This document shows, piece after piece, positions 9,808 to 19,765 of a stretch of 64,000 nt of DNA. Positions within the stretch are counted from its first letter, which is position 1; every line of letters starts with the position of its first letter. The stretch comes from Patescibacteria group bacterium (GTDB lineage Bacteria > Patescibacteriota > Minisyncoccia > Phycocordibacterales > EsbW-18). Position numbers and translations under genes: made by a program. The notes below the pieces were generated by a model. The model made no database searches. It saw only the letters and a list, made by a program, of their open reading frames with translations, and was not told the origin of the DNA. The stretch covers positions 24,985 to 88,984 of the forward strand of contig JBBTTA010000003.1 in assembly GCA_038064475.1 (NCBI GenBank), in the 5' to 3' direction.

Positions 9808-11163
9808 ATGCCCTTCGATTTGAAAGCACTGAACGTTGTCTTGGAAGAACTCGAGAATGAACGCGGTATCTCAAAAGAAAAAACAATTGAAGCGATTGAA
9901 CACGCGCTTGCAACTGCATACAAAAAAGAATTTGGAAAACGCGATCAAGTTATTCGCGCGCATTTTGATATGAATGTCGGCACAACAGAATTCGAACAAG
10001 TAAAAACAGTTGTTGATGAAACAACAGTTCGCTTCAAAGAAGAAGGTGAGGAAGAAATCGAAACGAACGAAGGGCACATGCGACACAACGACACGATGTC
10101 AGAAGACGTTAGTGAAGATGGTGAAGTTCGTCTTCCACTCTTCTCTCCTGAAAAACACATGTTGCTTGCCGACGCACAAAAAATTAAGAAGGGTGCTGTT
10201 GTTGGAGATGAACTCATCTTCCCTCTCGACACAAAAGAAGATTTCGGACGCATTGCTGCGCAAACTGCAAAGCAGATGGTGATTCAAAAAATTCGCGAAG
10301 CAGAAAAAGAACACTTGTCGAAAGAATTCGGTGAGCGCGAAGGAGAAATTGTGTCAGGTACCGTGCAACGCATCGAGCGCGGAAATATTTTCGTTGACCT
10401 CGGACGTGCAGTTGGTGTGCTCGCATACGACGAACAAATCCCCGGCGAACGGTACCGTGCAGGTGAACGCATTCGCGCATACCTCTACCGCGTCGAAGAA
10501 TCTGCACGTGGCGTGTTCTTGCGTCTCTCACGATCACATCCAAACTTCCTCGTTCGTCTCTTTGAAAACGAATCCCCTGAAGTTGCACAAGGCACCGTTG
10601 AATTGAAAGCGATCGCACGTGAACCAGGTTCACGATCAAAAGTTGCGGTCTTCTCAAACGACTCACACGTTGATCCTGTTGGCGCACTCGTTGGTCAGCG
10701 TGGCGTACGCGTTTCAACCGTAATGTCAGAGTTGGGTGGAGAAAAAATTGACGTCATCGAATGGTCAGAAAATCCTGAACACTTTATTGAAGACGCACTC
10801 TCACCTGCAAAGATTATTTCTGTCGATATCACCGACGAAGAAGCACATCAAGCAGTCGTGCGCGTAACCGATGATCAGCAATCACTCGCAATCGGCCGCG
10901 GCGGACAAAACGTCCGCCTTGCCGCAAAACTCACCGGCTGGCGCATCGATATTCAGTCGACCAGCACAGCTGAAGGTGCTGAAAGTACACCCGTTGAGGC
11001 CTCTTCACCTGAAACAGAAATAGTGACAGAACCCGCCGAAGAAACTCCAACGGTATCAGCAGATCCAGAAACAGCTCCAGTGGCTGATGAAACACCAAAA
11101 GAAGAATCAACTCCTAGTGAAACAGGCAAACCAGCAACTTCAGAGGAGATAAAATTTAAATAA
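9808..11163 (+). CDS. nusA: Transcription termination factor NusA
   Basis: FGRIAAQTAKQ, AREPGSRSKVAV, AIGRGGQNVRLAAKLTGWRIDI. Confidence 0.98.
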   Translation: MPFDLKALNVVLEELENERGISKEKTIEAIEHALATAYKKEFGKRDQVIRAHFDMNVGTTEFEQVKTVVDETTVRFKEEGEEEIETNEGHMRHNDTMSEDVSEDGEVRLPLFSPEKHMLLADAQKIKKGAVVGDELIFPLDTKEDFGRIAAQTAKQMVIQKIREAEKEHLSKEFGEREGEIVSGTVQRIERGNIFVDLGRAVGVLAYDEQIPGERYRAGERIRAYLYRVEESARGVFLRLSRSHPNFLVRLFENESPEVAQGTVELKAIAREPGSRSKVAVFSNDSHVDPVGALVGQRGVRVSTVMSELGGEKIDVIEWSENPEHFIEDALSPAKIISVDITDEEAHQAVVRVTDDQQSLAIGRGGQNVRLAAKLTGWRIDIQSTSTAEGAESTPVEASSPETEIVTEPAEETPTVSADPETAPVADETPKEESTPSETGKPATSEEIKFK

Positions 11164-11196
11164 AATCTTTCCTTGACTTACTAACTTCTACTTTAC

Positions 11197-11730
11197 ATGA
11201 ATTTGTGGCATGACGTCTCAACAGGAGACAATACACCGGACGAGGTGAACATTGTTGTTGAAATCAACAAAGGTTCAAAGAACAAATACGAAATCGACAA
11301 AACAACGGGACTCATCGCGCTTGATCGCGTGATGCACACGTCACAAGACTATCCTTTCGATTACGGTTTTGTTCCTCGCTCATACTGGCACGACAAAGAC
11401 CCTCTCGATGTGGTGGTGTTGACGACGCATCCATTGATGCCCGGTATCCTCGCTACGGTCCGTCCTGTCGCCATCATGAACATGCTCGACAACAATCAAG
11501 GCGACGACAAACTCATCTGCGTTCCTGTTGATGATCCTCGCTTTGAACACGTGCACGATCTCAAGGACATCCACAAACACACACTCAAAGAAATAGAGCA
11601 TTTCTTTTCAACGTATAAGAAAATTCAGAATAAGCCAGTTGAGGTGACTGGTTTCAAGGGTGTTATTGAGGCGAAGACCGCTCTCAACGAAGCGCTTGCG
11701 CTCTACAAAAAAGAATTTCCAAAAGCATAG
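11197..11730 (+). CDS. ppa: Inorganic pyrophosphatase (family I)
   Basis: KNKYEID, YPFDYGF, DKDPLDV, FFSTYK. Confidence 0.95.
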   Translation: MNLWHDVSTGDNTPDEVNIVVEINKGSKNKYEIDKTTGLIALDRVMHTSQDYPFDYGFVPRSYWHDKDPLDVVVLTTHPLMPGILATVRPVAIMNMLDNNQGDDKLICVPVDDPRFEHVHDLKDIHKHTLKEIEHFFSTYKKIQNKPVEVTGFKGVIEAKTALNEALALYKKEFPKA

Positions 11731-11866
11731 CTACAGAGCCACCGTGCACAAAAACACCCTGCATGAAGCGGGGTGTTTTTGTACTCCAGAGACATGCCTC
11801 ACGTAACCTTCACTTTTGCTACGTTCATATATACAATGTTTCCATACCAATATAATCATTACGTCT

Positions 11867-12469
11867 ATGAAAAAAGTATTACTTCTTATTGTCGGACTCG
11901 CACTTGTTACACCATTGGTGTTTGCTCGCGCGGAGGATGATGCAACAAGTTCATCAGTGTGGTCATCTGTTCGCAAAGCAAAAGATGTGAGCGCAGAAAT
12001 GCAAAAGCGTCAGGACCTCATGAAAGAAAACATAGAGGAACGCCGCGCAGAGTGGACAGAAAAGAAAGATGCAATACGAGAAGCCGCAGGTGTATTTATT
12101 TTCCGTATCAAAGCACACTTCGGTTGGGCAATTGAGTGGTTGCAAAACATTCACGACCGCATGCTTGCACAAGTTGAAAAGATTGAAGACGAAACAGATG
12201 CAGATCTCTCTATTGCAAAAGAACACCTCGATGATGCACAGACGCACATCAATGACGCCGCTGACGCCCTTGAAGATATTATCGTAATTGCTGATGAGGA
12301 CGATGAAGCAACAACAACCGTGAAAGACAAGGTTGCTGGCGTTCGTGCCCAATTTGCAACGGTAAAAGAGCACATCCAAGCTGCGCGCGAATCACTCCGC
12401 CTCGCAATGCAGGAGATTAAGGCAAACTGGCCAAAGAAAGATAGCGAAAGTGACGAAGATAGTGAATAA
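11867..12469 (+). CDS. Secreted coiled-coil protein
   Basis: MKK signal peptide followed by a charged helical region. Confidence 0.7.
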   Translation: MKKVLLLIVGLALVTPLVFARAEDDATSSSVWSSVRKAKDVSAEMQKRQDLMKENIEERRAEWTEKKDAIREAAGVFIFRIKAHFGWAIEWLQNIHDRMLAQVEKIEDETDADLSIAKEHLDDAQTHINDAADALEDIIVIADEDDEATTTVKDKVAGVRAQFATVKEHIQAARESLRLAMQEIKANWPKKDSESDEDSE

Positions 12470-12503
12470 TACTAGTACCTTTACCCACTAATTAACTAGC
12501 AGT

Positions 12504-12743
12504 ATGGAAATGGAAACAAACATAATACAGCAACCAGCATCAAACAACGGTCCAGTTGTTGGAATCATTGTTGTGATTATCGTGCTTTTGGTTGGTGCAT
12601 TCTACTACTTCGGCGCACTCCGCCAGCCAATGTTGCCTGTTGAAGAAACAGCGACGACAACCGATGATTCTCTCGAGACAATCGAAGCTGATCTCGAATC
12701 AGGAGATCTCGACAATATCGACGCAGAGTTGAACGCGTACTAA
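12504..12743 (+). CDS. Small single-TM protein with acidic tail
   Basis: GPVVGIIVVIIVLLVGAFYYF; followed by a terminator. Confidence 0.7.
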   Translation: MEMETNIIQQPASNNGPVVGIIVVIIVLLVGAFYYFGALRQPMLPVEETATTTDDSLETIEADLESGDLDNIDAELNAY

Positions 12744-12757
12744 ACAAAAACGGTTCG

Positions 12758-12794
12758 CATCAAAAAATCCCGCCTCATGCGGGATTTTTTGATG
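12758..12794 (+). terminator. Intrinsic terminator
   Basis: CATCAAAAAATCCCGC...GCGGGATTTTTTGATG. Confidence 0.75.
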
Positions 12795-12835
12795 CTTATT
12801 TTCCAAACGCTTGTCGCATGCTACACTCTCCGCAC

Positions 12836-13912
12836 ATGACAAAAGCAAACATCACCACAAACAACAATGCAACGGTAACTATTGAAGGCGAGCTCCCACA
12901 CGAAGCCCTCAAAAAGCACCGTGCCGCATCCCTAAAACACTTGGGAAGTAAGGTTAAAATCGATGGTTTTCGTGAAGGTCACATCCCTGAAAACATCCTT
13001 ATTGACCGCATTGGCGAATACACCCTCCTCCAAGAAATGGCCGAGCGAGCACTTTCTGAGCACTATCCCCTTCTTCTTGTTGAACATAAGATTGATGCAA
13101 TCGGCCGCCCTGATATTTCAGTAACAAAACTCGCAGCAGGAAATCCTCTTGGTTTCAAAATTACAACAGCAGTCATGCCTGTCGTTGAACTTCCCGACTA
13201 CGCAACGCTTGCAAAAGATGCAGCAAAGAAAATTGGAAATGAACCTGATCTCGTGACTGAAGAAGATATCGATAAAGTTGTCGGACAACTTCTAGCAGAG
13301 AAACAAAAAGCAGAATCAGAAAAAACAAATCCGCCAGCTGGCGGACAGAAAACAGAAAACAAAGAAGAACTTACAAAAATGACTGATGATGTCGCAAAAA
13401 CATTTGGTCCTTTTGAAAACGTTCAACAGCTTCGTGCAAAAATCCGCGAAGGAATGGAGGCCGACAAAAAACGTCAACACATTGAGAAAAAGCGCGTGGA
13501 AATCATGGAGGTAATCATGAATGAGACAAAAGTTGTCATTCCTGACGTTCTTATTGATGCGGAGTTAAACAAACTCATGGCACAAATCTCACACGACGTT
13601 GAACACATGGGTATGAAACATGAAGACTACCTCAAAGCGATCGGAAAAACTGATGAGGATTTGCGCAAAGAATTTCGTCCCGACGCAGAGAAGCGCGCGA
13701 AAAGTCAGCTTGTCTTGAATGCGATTGCGTCAAAAGAAAATATTAAACCAGATCAAAAAGAGTTGGACCACGAAGTTGAACACCTTTTGTCACACCACAT
13801 GCCAAAGGGCGCTTCCGTTGGTGAACGTGAACGACAATCAGCAACCATTTACGTTGAAACACTCATGACAAATCAGAAAGTCTTGGAATTTTTAGAAAAA
13901 CAAGGAATGTAA
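12836..13912 (+). CDS. tig: Trigger factor (PPIase domain largely absent)
   Basis: IDGFREGHIP ribosome-binding motif; upstream of clpP. Confidence 0.92.
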   Translation: MTKANITTNNNATVTIEGELPHEALKKHRAASLKHLGSKVKIDGFREGHIPENILIDRIGEYTLLQEMAERALSEHYPLLLVEHKIDAIGRPDISVTKLAAGNPLGFKITTAVMPVVELPDYATLAKDAAKKIGNEPDLVTEEDIDKVVGQLLAEKQKAESEKTNPPAGGQKTENKEELTKMTDDVAKTFGPFENVQQLRAKIREGMEADKKRQHIEKKRVEIMEVIMNETKVVIPDVLIDAELNKLMAQISHDVEHMGMKHEDYLKAIGKTDEDLRKEFRPDAEKRAKSQLVLNAIASKENIKPDQKELDHEVEHLLSHHMPKGASVGERERQSATIYVETLMTNQKVLEFLEKQGM

Positions 13913-13918
13913 GTCTCT

Positions 13919-13980
13919 CGTGTTAAACACTCAGTGTTTAACACGGTTGTTATTCTCTAATTCGTGCGAATTAGAGAATA
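13919..13980. repeat. Two palindromes in the tig-clpP spacer
   Basis: CGTGTTAAACAC-TCA-GTGTTTAACACG and TATTCTCTAATTCG-TG-CGAATTAGAGAATA. Confidence 0.85.
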
Positions 13981-14068
13981 GTTGAGAAGTTGAAACTAAA
14001 GAAAATCTGGCGTACAATGGTCTAAATTACAAGCTTGATTCGTGATTCTTAATTCTTGCTTCTATTCT

Positions 14069-14665
14069 ATGCTTATCCCAACAGTTATTGAGAAGTCCAC
14101 GTACGGAGAGCGCGCATATGACATTTACTCGCGCCTTTTGAAGGACCGCATTGTTTTCCTTGGCGGCTCAATTGATGACCACTCGGCAAATATCATCATT
14201 GCCCAGCTCCTTCACCTTGAATCACAAGACCCTGATAAAGATATTTCTCTCTACGTTAACTCTCCAGGTGGCTCTATTTCAGCAGGACTTGCCATTATTG
14301 ATGCAATGAACCACATCAAACCAGCTGTTTCTACGGTCTGTGTTGGTATTGCCGCTTCAATGGGTGCATGGATTTTGGCCGCAGGTGAGAAAGGAAAGCG
14401 TTTTGCCCTTCCCAATGCCGAGGTCATGATTCACCAACCTCTCGCATTCGGTGTTGAAGGTCAGGCAACAGATATTGCCATCAGCGCAGAGCACATCATC
14501 AAACTTAAGAAACAAATGGTTAAAATCTTGGCGGAGACAACAGGTCAGAGTGAAGAAAAGATCCAAAAAGACGTTGATCGAGACTTCTATCTCTCGGCTG
14601 AAGAAGCCAAGAAATACGGTGTCATTGACGAAGTAATGACGAAAAAGGGTCAAAAGAAGAAATAG
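14069..14665 (+). CDS. clpP: ATP-dependent Clp protease proteolytic subunit
   Basis: [33 protein letters not shown]. Confidence 0.98.
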   Translation: MLIPTVIEKSTYGERAYDIYSRLLKDRIVFLGGSIDDHSANIIIAQLLHLESQDPDKDISLYVNSPGGSISAGLAIIDAMNHIKPAVSTVCVGIAASMGAWILAAGEKGKRFALPNAEVMIHQPLAFGVEGQATDIAISAEHIIKLKKQMVKILAETTGQSEEKIQKDVDRDFYLSAEEAKKYGVIDEVMTKKGQKKK

Positions 14666-14707
14666 CACAAAAAACCTCGCCGAAAGCGAGGTTTTTTGTG
14701 CGTTCCC

Positions 14708-14736
14708 TTGCCCTATTCTTCTCGAAAGCGTATGAT
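14708..14736 (+). promoter_or_regulatory. Sigma70-type promoter upstream of the rny leader
   Basis: TTGCCC-17 bp-TATGAT right after the clpP terminator. Confidence 0.6.
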
Positions 14737-14898
14737 GAGAACATTAGTACTTAGAGAACGCCGAACACTTGAACGAAACGAAAGGACACACCGTACTATG
14801 ATTTCCTCATCAACAATTGCTAAAACGCTTTTACACTCGCACGATTTTTGTCGTTTGGAACCATAGACATTTCAAGTGACGGCGGTTAATGAAACCGT

Positions 14899-16428
14899 AT
14901 GTCATTACAACTAGCATTCTTCCTCCTCGCAGTCACAGGAGTCGTTGGTGTTGGTTTGGGTTACTTCATCCGTTACCTCGTCGGACTTGGTAAGCGTGGA
15001 TCTGTCGAACTCGAAATCAAACGAAAACTTCTTGAGACACAGGAACAAGCAAATAAAATAATTCAGCAGGCAGAAGAAGAGGCGGCACAGACGATAGAGA
15101 TAGGTCGCGAAGAGTTGCGCGAACGCGAAGAGAAGGCCCTTAAGACAGAAGAACGCCTCATTAAAAAGGAGGAGCTTTTGGATAATCGTCAGCAAGACAT
15201 CGACGCGTCTGCAGAAGAACTGAAAGAAAAGGCTGAAGATATTGAAACACTTCGCGAAGATACCGAACACGTGAAGGCACAACACGAAGAGGCACTCGTG
15301 CGTGTTGCTCGTCTCACTGAAAACGAAGCACGTGAGATGTTGTTGCGTGAAATTGAAAAGAAACACGGAGAAGATCTCGTCATGCGCATGCGCAAACTTG
15401 AAGTTGGTGGCCGTGAACAACTTGAAAAGAAAGCGCAGGATATTCTGGTGACTTCAATTCACCGACTCGGCAACAATGTGTCATCAGACATCATGTCGTC
15501 GACAATCGAACTCCCTTCTGAAGACGTCAAAGGAAAGATCATCGGAAAGGAAGGACGCAACATCAAAGCGTTCGAGCGCGCATCAGGTGTTGAAGTGGTT
15601 ATCGACGATACACCAGGCTCAATTATTCTTTCCTCATTTGATCCTGTGCGTCGTGCAGTTGCCAAAATGGCCTTGGAGCGCCTCATAAAAGACGGGCGCA
15701 TCCAACCAGCGCGTATTGAAGAAGAAGTTGAAAAGTCACGTCAGGAAATCAATAACATCATTAAAGAAAAGGGTGAGCAAGCAGCGTACGAAGCTGGTGT
15801 GTTCAATCTTGATCCACGCATCATTTCAATTCTTGGACGACTTCACTTCCGTACAAGCTACGGACAAAACGTTCTCGCCCATTCGGTTGAGATGGCGCAT
15901 CTTGCCGGCATGCTTGCAGAAGAACTCGGAGGTGATGTTGCTATTGCGAAAGCAGGAGCACTCGTGCACGACATCGGAAAAGCAGTTGATCACGAAATTC
16001 AAGGCACACATGTTGAAATCGGACGTCGCATCTTGCAAAAGTTTGGTGCTGACGAGAGCATAGTGAAAGCGATGCAAGCGCATCACGAAGAATATCCGTA
16101 CGAAACAATTGAATCGATTATCGTGCAGGTTGCTGATGCTGTGTCAGGTTCTCGCCCCGGTGCACGACGTGACACCGTTGAAAACTACTTGAAACGCTTG
16201 GCTGACCTTGAAAATATTGCGAACTCATTTGAAGGCGTTGATAAGTCATACGCCATTCAAGCAGGACGTGAAATTCGTATCTTTGTTCGCCCAGAACAAG
16301 TGACTGACATCGAGGCACAAAAACTTGCGCGCGATATTGCAGGAAAGATTGAAGCGGAATTAAAATATCCGGGAGAAATAAAAGTAAACGTCATCAGAGA
16401 AAACAGAGTGATAGAGTACGCGCGATAA
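14899..16428 (+). CDS. rny: Ribonuclease Y
   Basis: N-terminal TM, coiled coil, KH (KGKIIGKEGRNI), HD (LVHDIGK), YAIQAGREIR. Confidence 0.98.
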   Translation: MSLQLAFFLLAVTGVVGVGLGYFIRYLVGLGKRGSVELEIKRKLLETQEQANKIIQQAEEEAAQTIEIGREELREREEKALKTEERLIKKEELLDNRQQDIDASAEELKEKAEDIETLREDTEHVKAQHEEALVRVARLTENEAREMLLREIEKKHGEDLVMRMRKLEVGGREQLEKKAQDILVTSIHRLGNNVSSDIMSSTIELPSEDVKGKIIGKEGRNIKAFERASGVEVVIDDTPGSIILSSFDPVRRAVAKMALERLIKDGRIQPARIEEEVEKSRQEINNIIKEKGEQAAYEAGVFNLDPRIISILGRLHFRTSYGQNVLAHSVEMAHLAGMLAEELGGDVAIAKAGALVHDIGKAVDHEIQGTHVEIGRRILQKFGADESIVKAMQAHHEEYPYETIESIIVQVADAVSGSRPGARRDTVENYLKRLADLENIANSFEGVDKSYAIQAGREIRIFVRPEQVTDIEAQKLARDIAGKIEAELKYPGEIKVNVIRENRVIEYAR

Positions 16429-16488
16429 AAAGAAAACCGCCCAGCTCCAGTTCAAAAACTAGGGCTGGACAGTTTCGTTTTGAAAAGC

Positions 16489-16797
16489 TCAGAGACGATG
16501 TCGCTCTTTGTGGTACTTGAGCCACGCATCCGCCTGATGTTCGACACTCCCTGCGTCCTTGCACCGAACATTCATCTCCTCTGTCTTCGTATTGTCGAGA
16601 AGAAATGTATGGTCAGGAAGTGGGAAAATTCGAATATACTCGGTGGACATGTTCCCCAACTGCAATCGCCACTGCCCCGCAAGCCGTCTGTCCAAAAAGT
16701 CCTCGAAGGGCTGTACCCAGGTGAGCGCATGCTTGGTGATTGGCGGTGATGGCACAAGAGAAATCAAGTCTTCATTCCGTCTTGATGCTGGGCTCAT
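16489..16797 (-). CDS. Orphan hypothetical protein
   Basis: SD AGAGGAG before ATG; hairpin at 16441-16470 downstream. Confidence 0.5.
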   Translation of the reverse strand: MSPASRRNEDLISLVPSPPITKHALTWVQPFEDFLDRRLAGQWRLQLGNMSTEYIRIFPLPDHTFLLDNTKTEEMNVRCKDAGSVEHQADAWLKYHKERHRL

Positions 16798-16955
16798 ATA
16801 GCTCCTCTCTCGAAAAAGACCGTCTATCTAGGAACGTTGTACCTTATCCGCAGGTATTTTTCAATAGAGGGGCCAAAAATCACATTATTGAGCACACACA
16901 CTATATAAAAGAATTAAGCCGTTGGTCGCAGTGCGACCAACGGCTTTTCTTATTC

Positions 16956-17270
16956 TTATGCGCACGCATCCGCATGACTCTCAGCCTCAAATTCGGCATC
17001 GTTGTTTCTCTCGGATTCCCAACTCCGAATGATGCGCTCCACACCCTGAATTCCTCCAGTACAGAGCCAGACACTTCCCACATCACCTTCTCGTGTGCAA
17101 TCGTGGACTTCATGCATTCCACGGTTATCGACCTTCACGACTTGATAGATTTCTCTGCCGTAGTAGCTGTACGTCCATCCTCCATACCGACTCTGAGGAT
17201 TCCAAAGAAACAGCCTCCTTCCGTTCAGGGTTTCAACATAGAAGGCTTTTCCTTCTCTAATACTGGTCAT
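16956..17270 (-). CDS. Orphan hypothetical protein
   Basis: SD GAGGGAG; hairpin AAGCCGTTGGTCGC...GCGACCAACGGCTT downstream. Confidence 0.5.
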   Translation of the reverse strand: MTSIREGKAFYVETLNGRRLFLWNPQSRYGGWTYSYYGREIYQVVKVDNRGMHEVHDCTREGDVGSVWLCTGGIQGVERIIRSWESERNNDAEFEAESHADACA

Positions 17271-17304
17271 TTAATCTCCCTCAATTGAAGATCACCTACT
17301 AAAA

Positions 17305-17373
17305 GTATACCCAGCACTAAAGCATTAACGAAATTGATGTTGGTAGTACACAACAGTTTAGTGCTGGGTATAC
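17305..17373. repeat. 17-bp inverted repeat element
   Basis: GTATACCCAGCACTAAA ... TTTAGTGCTGGGTATAC; related element at 38985-39146. Confidence 0.85.
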
Positions 17374-17526
17374 ATTGTACCCATATTTTAAGCCACAAAA
17401 TATGTGTTTTGGCGAAAAAACGGCCCTGTTAACGTATCCACACCTCCCTTGCGGCTCTATTTCAGGGTGGGTATACTTTTACTAGTCGAAAAAACAAGTA
17501 ATTTAAAGGTGTAATTCAATCATCGT

Positions 17527-17799
17527 ATGAACAAAGCAGCACTTGTAGAGAAGATTGCAGAATTCTGCAACACAAAAGCTGATGCAGAACGCGCAGTTGA
17601 AGCGCTCATCAGTGAAATTACTCGATCACTCAAGAGTGGTGAGGATGTTTCAATTGCAGGACTCGGTATTTTCAAAGTGAAGGATCGTGCAGCTCGCACA
17701 GCCCGCAACCCTCGCACAGGCGAAATGGTGAAGGTTCCTGCAACACGCGTTCCAAAGTTCAGCGCCGCAAAGGCATTGAAAGACGCAGTGAAGGGATAG
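17527..17799 (+). CDS. hup: DNA-binding protein HU
   Basis: MNKAALVEKIA, GLGIFKV, RTARNPRTGE, VPKFSA. Confidence 0.97.
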   Translation: MNKAALVEKIAEFCNTKADAERAVEALISEITRSLKSGEDVSIAGLGIFKVKDRAARTARNPRTGEMVKVPATRVPKFSAAKALKDAVKG

Positions 17800-17917
17800 G
17801 TTTAAGTTTTGTTTTTCTCACGCACAAAATCGCCCAAAGAAAATATTCGGGCGATTTTTTGTTTGAGAAAAATGCGCGCTTCCAGGGGCACGATTTCACT
17901 GCTATAATCACCAAATC

Positions 17918-17988
17918 GCGGGCATGGTTTAGTGGTAGAATGACTGCCTTCCAAGCAGTAGACGGGAGTTCGATTCTCCCTGCCCGCA
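17918..17988 (+). tRNA. tRNA-Gly(TCC)
   Basis: GCGGGCA/TGCCCGC acceptor stem, ACTGC-CTTCCAA-GCAGT anticodon arm, GTTCGATTC T-loop. Confidence 0.97.
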
Positions 17989-18167
17989 CAAACAAAGAAA
18001 AGGCCGGCTACATGCCGGTCTTTTCTTATGTTTTGCGAGGCAGAGCAAGCAAACTACTTTGCTTGCGTGGAGAATCGAACGACGGAGCATGTTGCGAAGC
18101 AACAGCGAGTCGCGTCCAGCAGTACTTAGGAGCGAAGCGACTTAGTAACTGCGGGACATTCTCCCCC

Positions 18168-18548
18168 TTACCTAAACCATTCCCGCCCACCATGTGGCCA
18201 ACCGCGCATCAAGAGAAGCGCAAGCGGTGCACCCCAGTTTGCCCAGCGTTCAACGAAGTCCCATATAGGCTCGCCAACAATTGGTCGCATAAGCGCTGTC
18301 CAGAAGCCCCACAACACTGCCCACAAAAGAGCGATGCGAATCGGCTTCACAAGAACGAGAAGTGCAATCAATATATCCATGACACCAACAAGCGTCAAAA
18401 TAGTGAGTGCAGATTCACCTGTTGCACCAGTGAGTTGTGTGACCCATGGTATCCAAGACGCCTTGCCTTGGAGTGCAAACACACCGTGACCAAGAAATTC
18501 TCCAGCAACTGCGATACGAAGAACCCATTCAATTGCTTTTGTGTTCAT
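18168..18548 (-). CDS. DoxX-like membrane protein
   Basis: WVLRIAVAGEFLGHG, FVERWANWGAPLALL; several TM segments. Confidence 0.7.
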   Translation of the reverse strand: MNTKAIEWVLRIAVAGEFLGHGVFALQGKASWIPWVTQLTGATGESALTILTLVGVMDILIALLVLVKPIRIALLWAVLWGFWTALMRPIVGEPIWDFVERWANWGAPLALLLMRGWPHGGREWFR

Positions 18549-18598
18549 TTTACGTCTATTCAAAATAATAAAAGACCACTTTTAGTGTACGCCGAATA

Positions 18599-18919
18599 TT
18601 ATTTTGAACGAGCGCTGATGTGTATAGCTTCTTCTGCCCATTTTTTAATTTCTTCTGTACTCTCTAAAACATCAGACGGCACTTCGTAATAATTTTTTAA
18701 TACTTGTTTTTCGTTTGGACGAAAACAATCCATATCCTTCGCAATATATTTCTCTCGTGTTTCTTCGTTTGTTTTAAAATACAAAACGCCATCAGCAATC
18801 ACCGCAAAAAAGATGCCTTCCGAATATATGCCATATCCCCCAAACATTTTACGCACGTGAATATCAGGAAGTCCTTCAAGTTGGTCAACAACAAAATCTT
18901 TAAATGAGTCGTCCGTCAT
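18599..18919 (-). CDS. TfoX/Sxy N-terminal domain protein
   Basis: RKMFGGYGIY..G.FFA.I..G.LYFK, YYEVP. Confidence 0.88.
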   Translation of the reverse strand: MTDDSFKDFVVDQLEGLPDIHVRKMFGGYGIYSEGIFFAVIADGVLYFKTNEETREKYIAKDMDCFRPNEKQVLKNYYEVPSDVLESTEEIKKWAEEAIHISARSK

Positions 18920-18954
18920 ATTTGGATATTAACTTAGTATTTTCCTCTCCATGT

Positions 18955-19057
18955 GAGTGAGCTTATCCTGTTGAAACGACTTGCGAGCGCGACGGCGCGA
19001 GCACGAGGAAAAATTCAGTAGAATTTTATCCGTGCGTTTCAAAAGGACTAAGCGAAC
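18955..19057 (-). repeat. 103-bp structured tRNA trailer, copy 1 (after tRNA-Pro)
   Basis: Near-identical inverted copy at 20173-20275. Confidence 0.9.
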
Positions 19058-19062
19058 AATTG

Positions 19063-19133
19063 TCGGGGCGCCGAGAATCGAACTCGGGCTATTTGGTCCC
19101 AAACCAAACGTACTACCGCTATACTACGCCCCG
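19063..19133 (-). tRNA. tRNA-Pro(TGG)
   Basis: CGGGGCG acceptor, TTTGG-TTTGGGA-CCAAA anticodon arm, GTTCGATTC. Confidence 0.95.
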
Positions 19134-19233
19134 AAAAACAACTACCGCACAAACGCGCATTGCCCTACCACTGGTCTCGACAACTATATCACCTGTGTTC
19201 CCATTTCTCCAGTTTTTAAAGCTATTTTCTACT

Positions 19234-19638
19234 TCAACTAAAATCCCCCACATTCTCCAATAGCTCAACCCGAGCTTTTTTTGAACTCTCATCAATCCAA
19301 ACAGCTATCACATCTATCTGATACGGTGTTTCAGGTGAAACGTTATGATCTAATAGGTATGTCTGAATGGCGCGCGCGAGTCTTTTAAGTTTTTCTTTGT
19401 GGACGTTCTCTTCTGGCCTAAATTCATCCATTTTCGTTTCACGTGAAACGAAGTCCTCTACCATTTCACATGAAACAGCTTTAACTTCAACAAATCTAAG
19501 TGTTTTTCCTTTCTTTGCAACAATATCTATTTCTCCCCATTTCCTTAGATAATTCCTATCCAAGATCTTAAAGCCTTGTTTCATGAGAAACGTTTTTGCT
19601 ATATTTTCCCCTAAAATACCTGTTTTTGACGATATCAT
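19234..19638 (-). CDS. yraN: YraN family putative endonuclease
   Basis: G.LGE.IA..FL...GF.IL.RNY...WGEIDIVA, FVEVK. Confidence 0.9.
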   Translation of the reverse strand: MISSKTGILGENIAKTFLMKQGFKILDRNYLRKWGEIDIVAKKGKTLRFVEVKAVSCEMVEDFVSRETKMDEFRPEENVHKEKLKRLARAIQTYLLDHNVSPETPYQIDVIAVWIDESSKKARVELLENVGDFS

Positions 19639-19765
19639 TGTGTAAATAGGCTAGTTTCAACCCGTTAGAAGCTACTTCTATGGCGTTGAATGTTTAAATT
19701 TCATAAAAATAGGCATATTTTGGTGCTTCTAACGGGTTTCATGTGTAACGGTTTCACGTGAAACG
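19327..19765. promoter_or_regulatory. parS: Cluster of about six parS-like sites
   Basis: GTTTCACGTGAAAC cores at 19435-19450 and 19750-19765; variants at 19327, 19462, 19577 and 19735. Confidence 0.85.
19661..19736. mobile_element. MITE-like element, CCCGTTAGA terminal-inverted-repeat (TIR) family
   Basis: CCCGTTAGAAGC...GCTTCTAACGGG flanked by TTTCAA/TTTCAT. Confidence 0.65.

Noticed and set aside
17859-18689. 276-aa plus-strand ORF
   Set aside because: Runs through tRNA-Gly and antisense to two credible genes; shadow ORF
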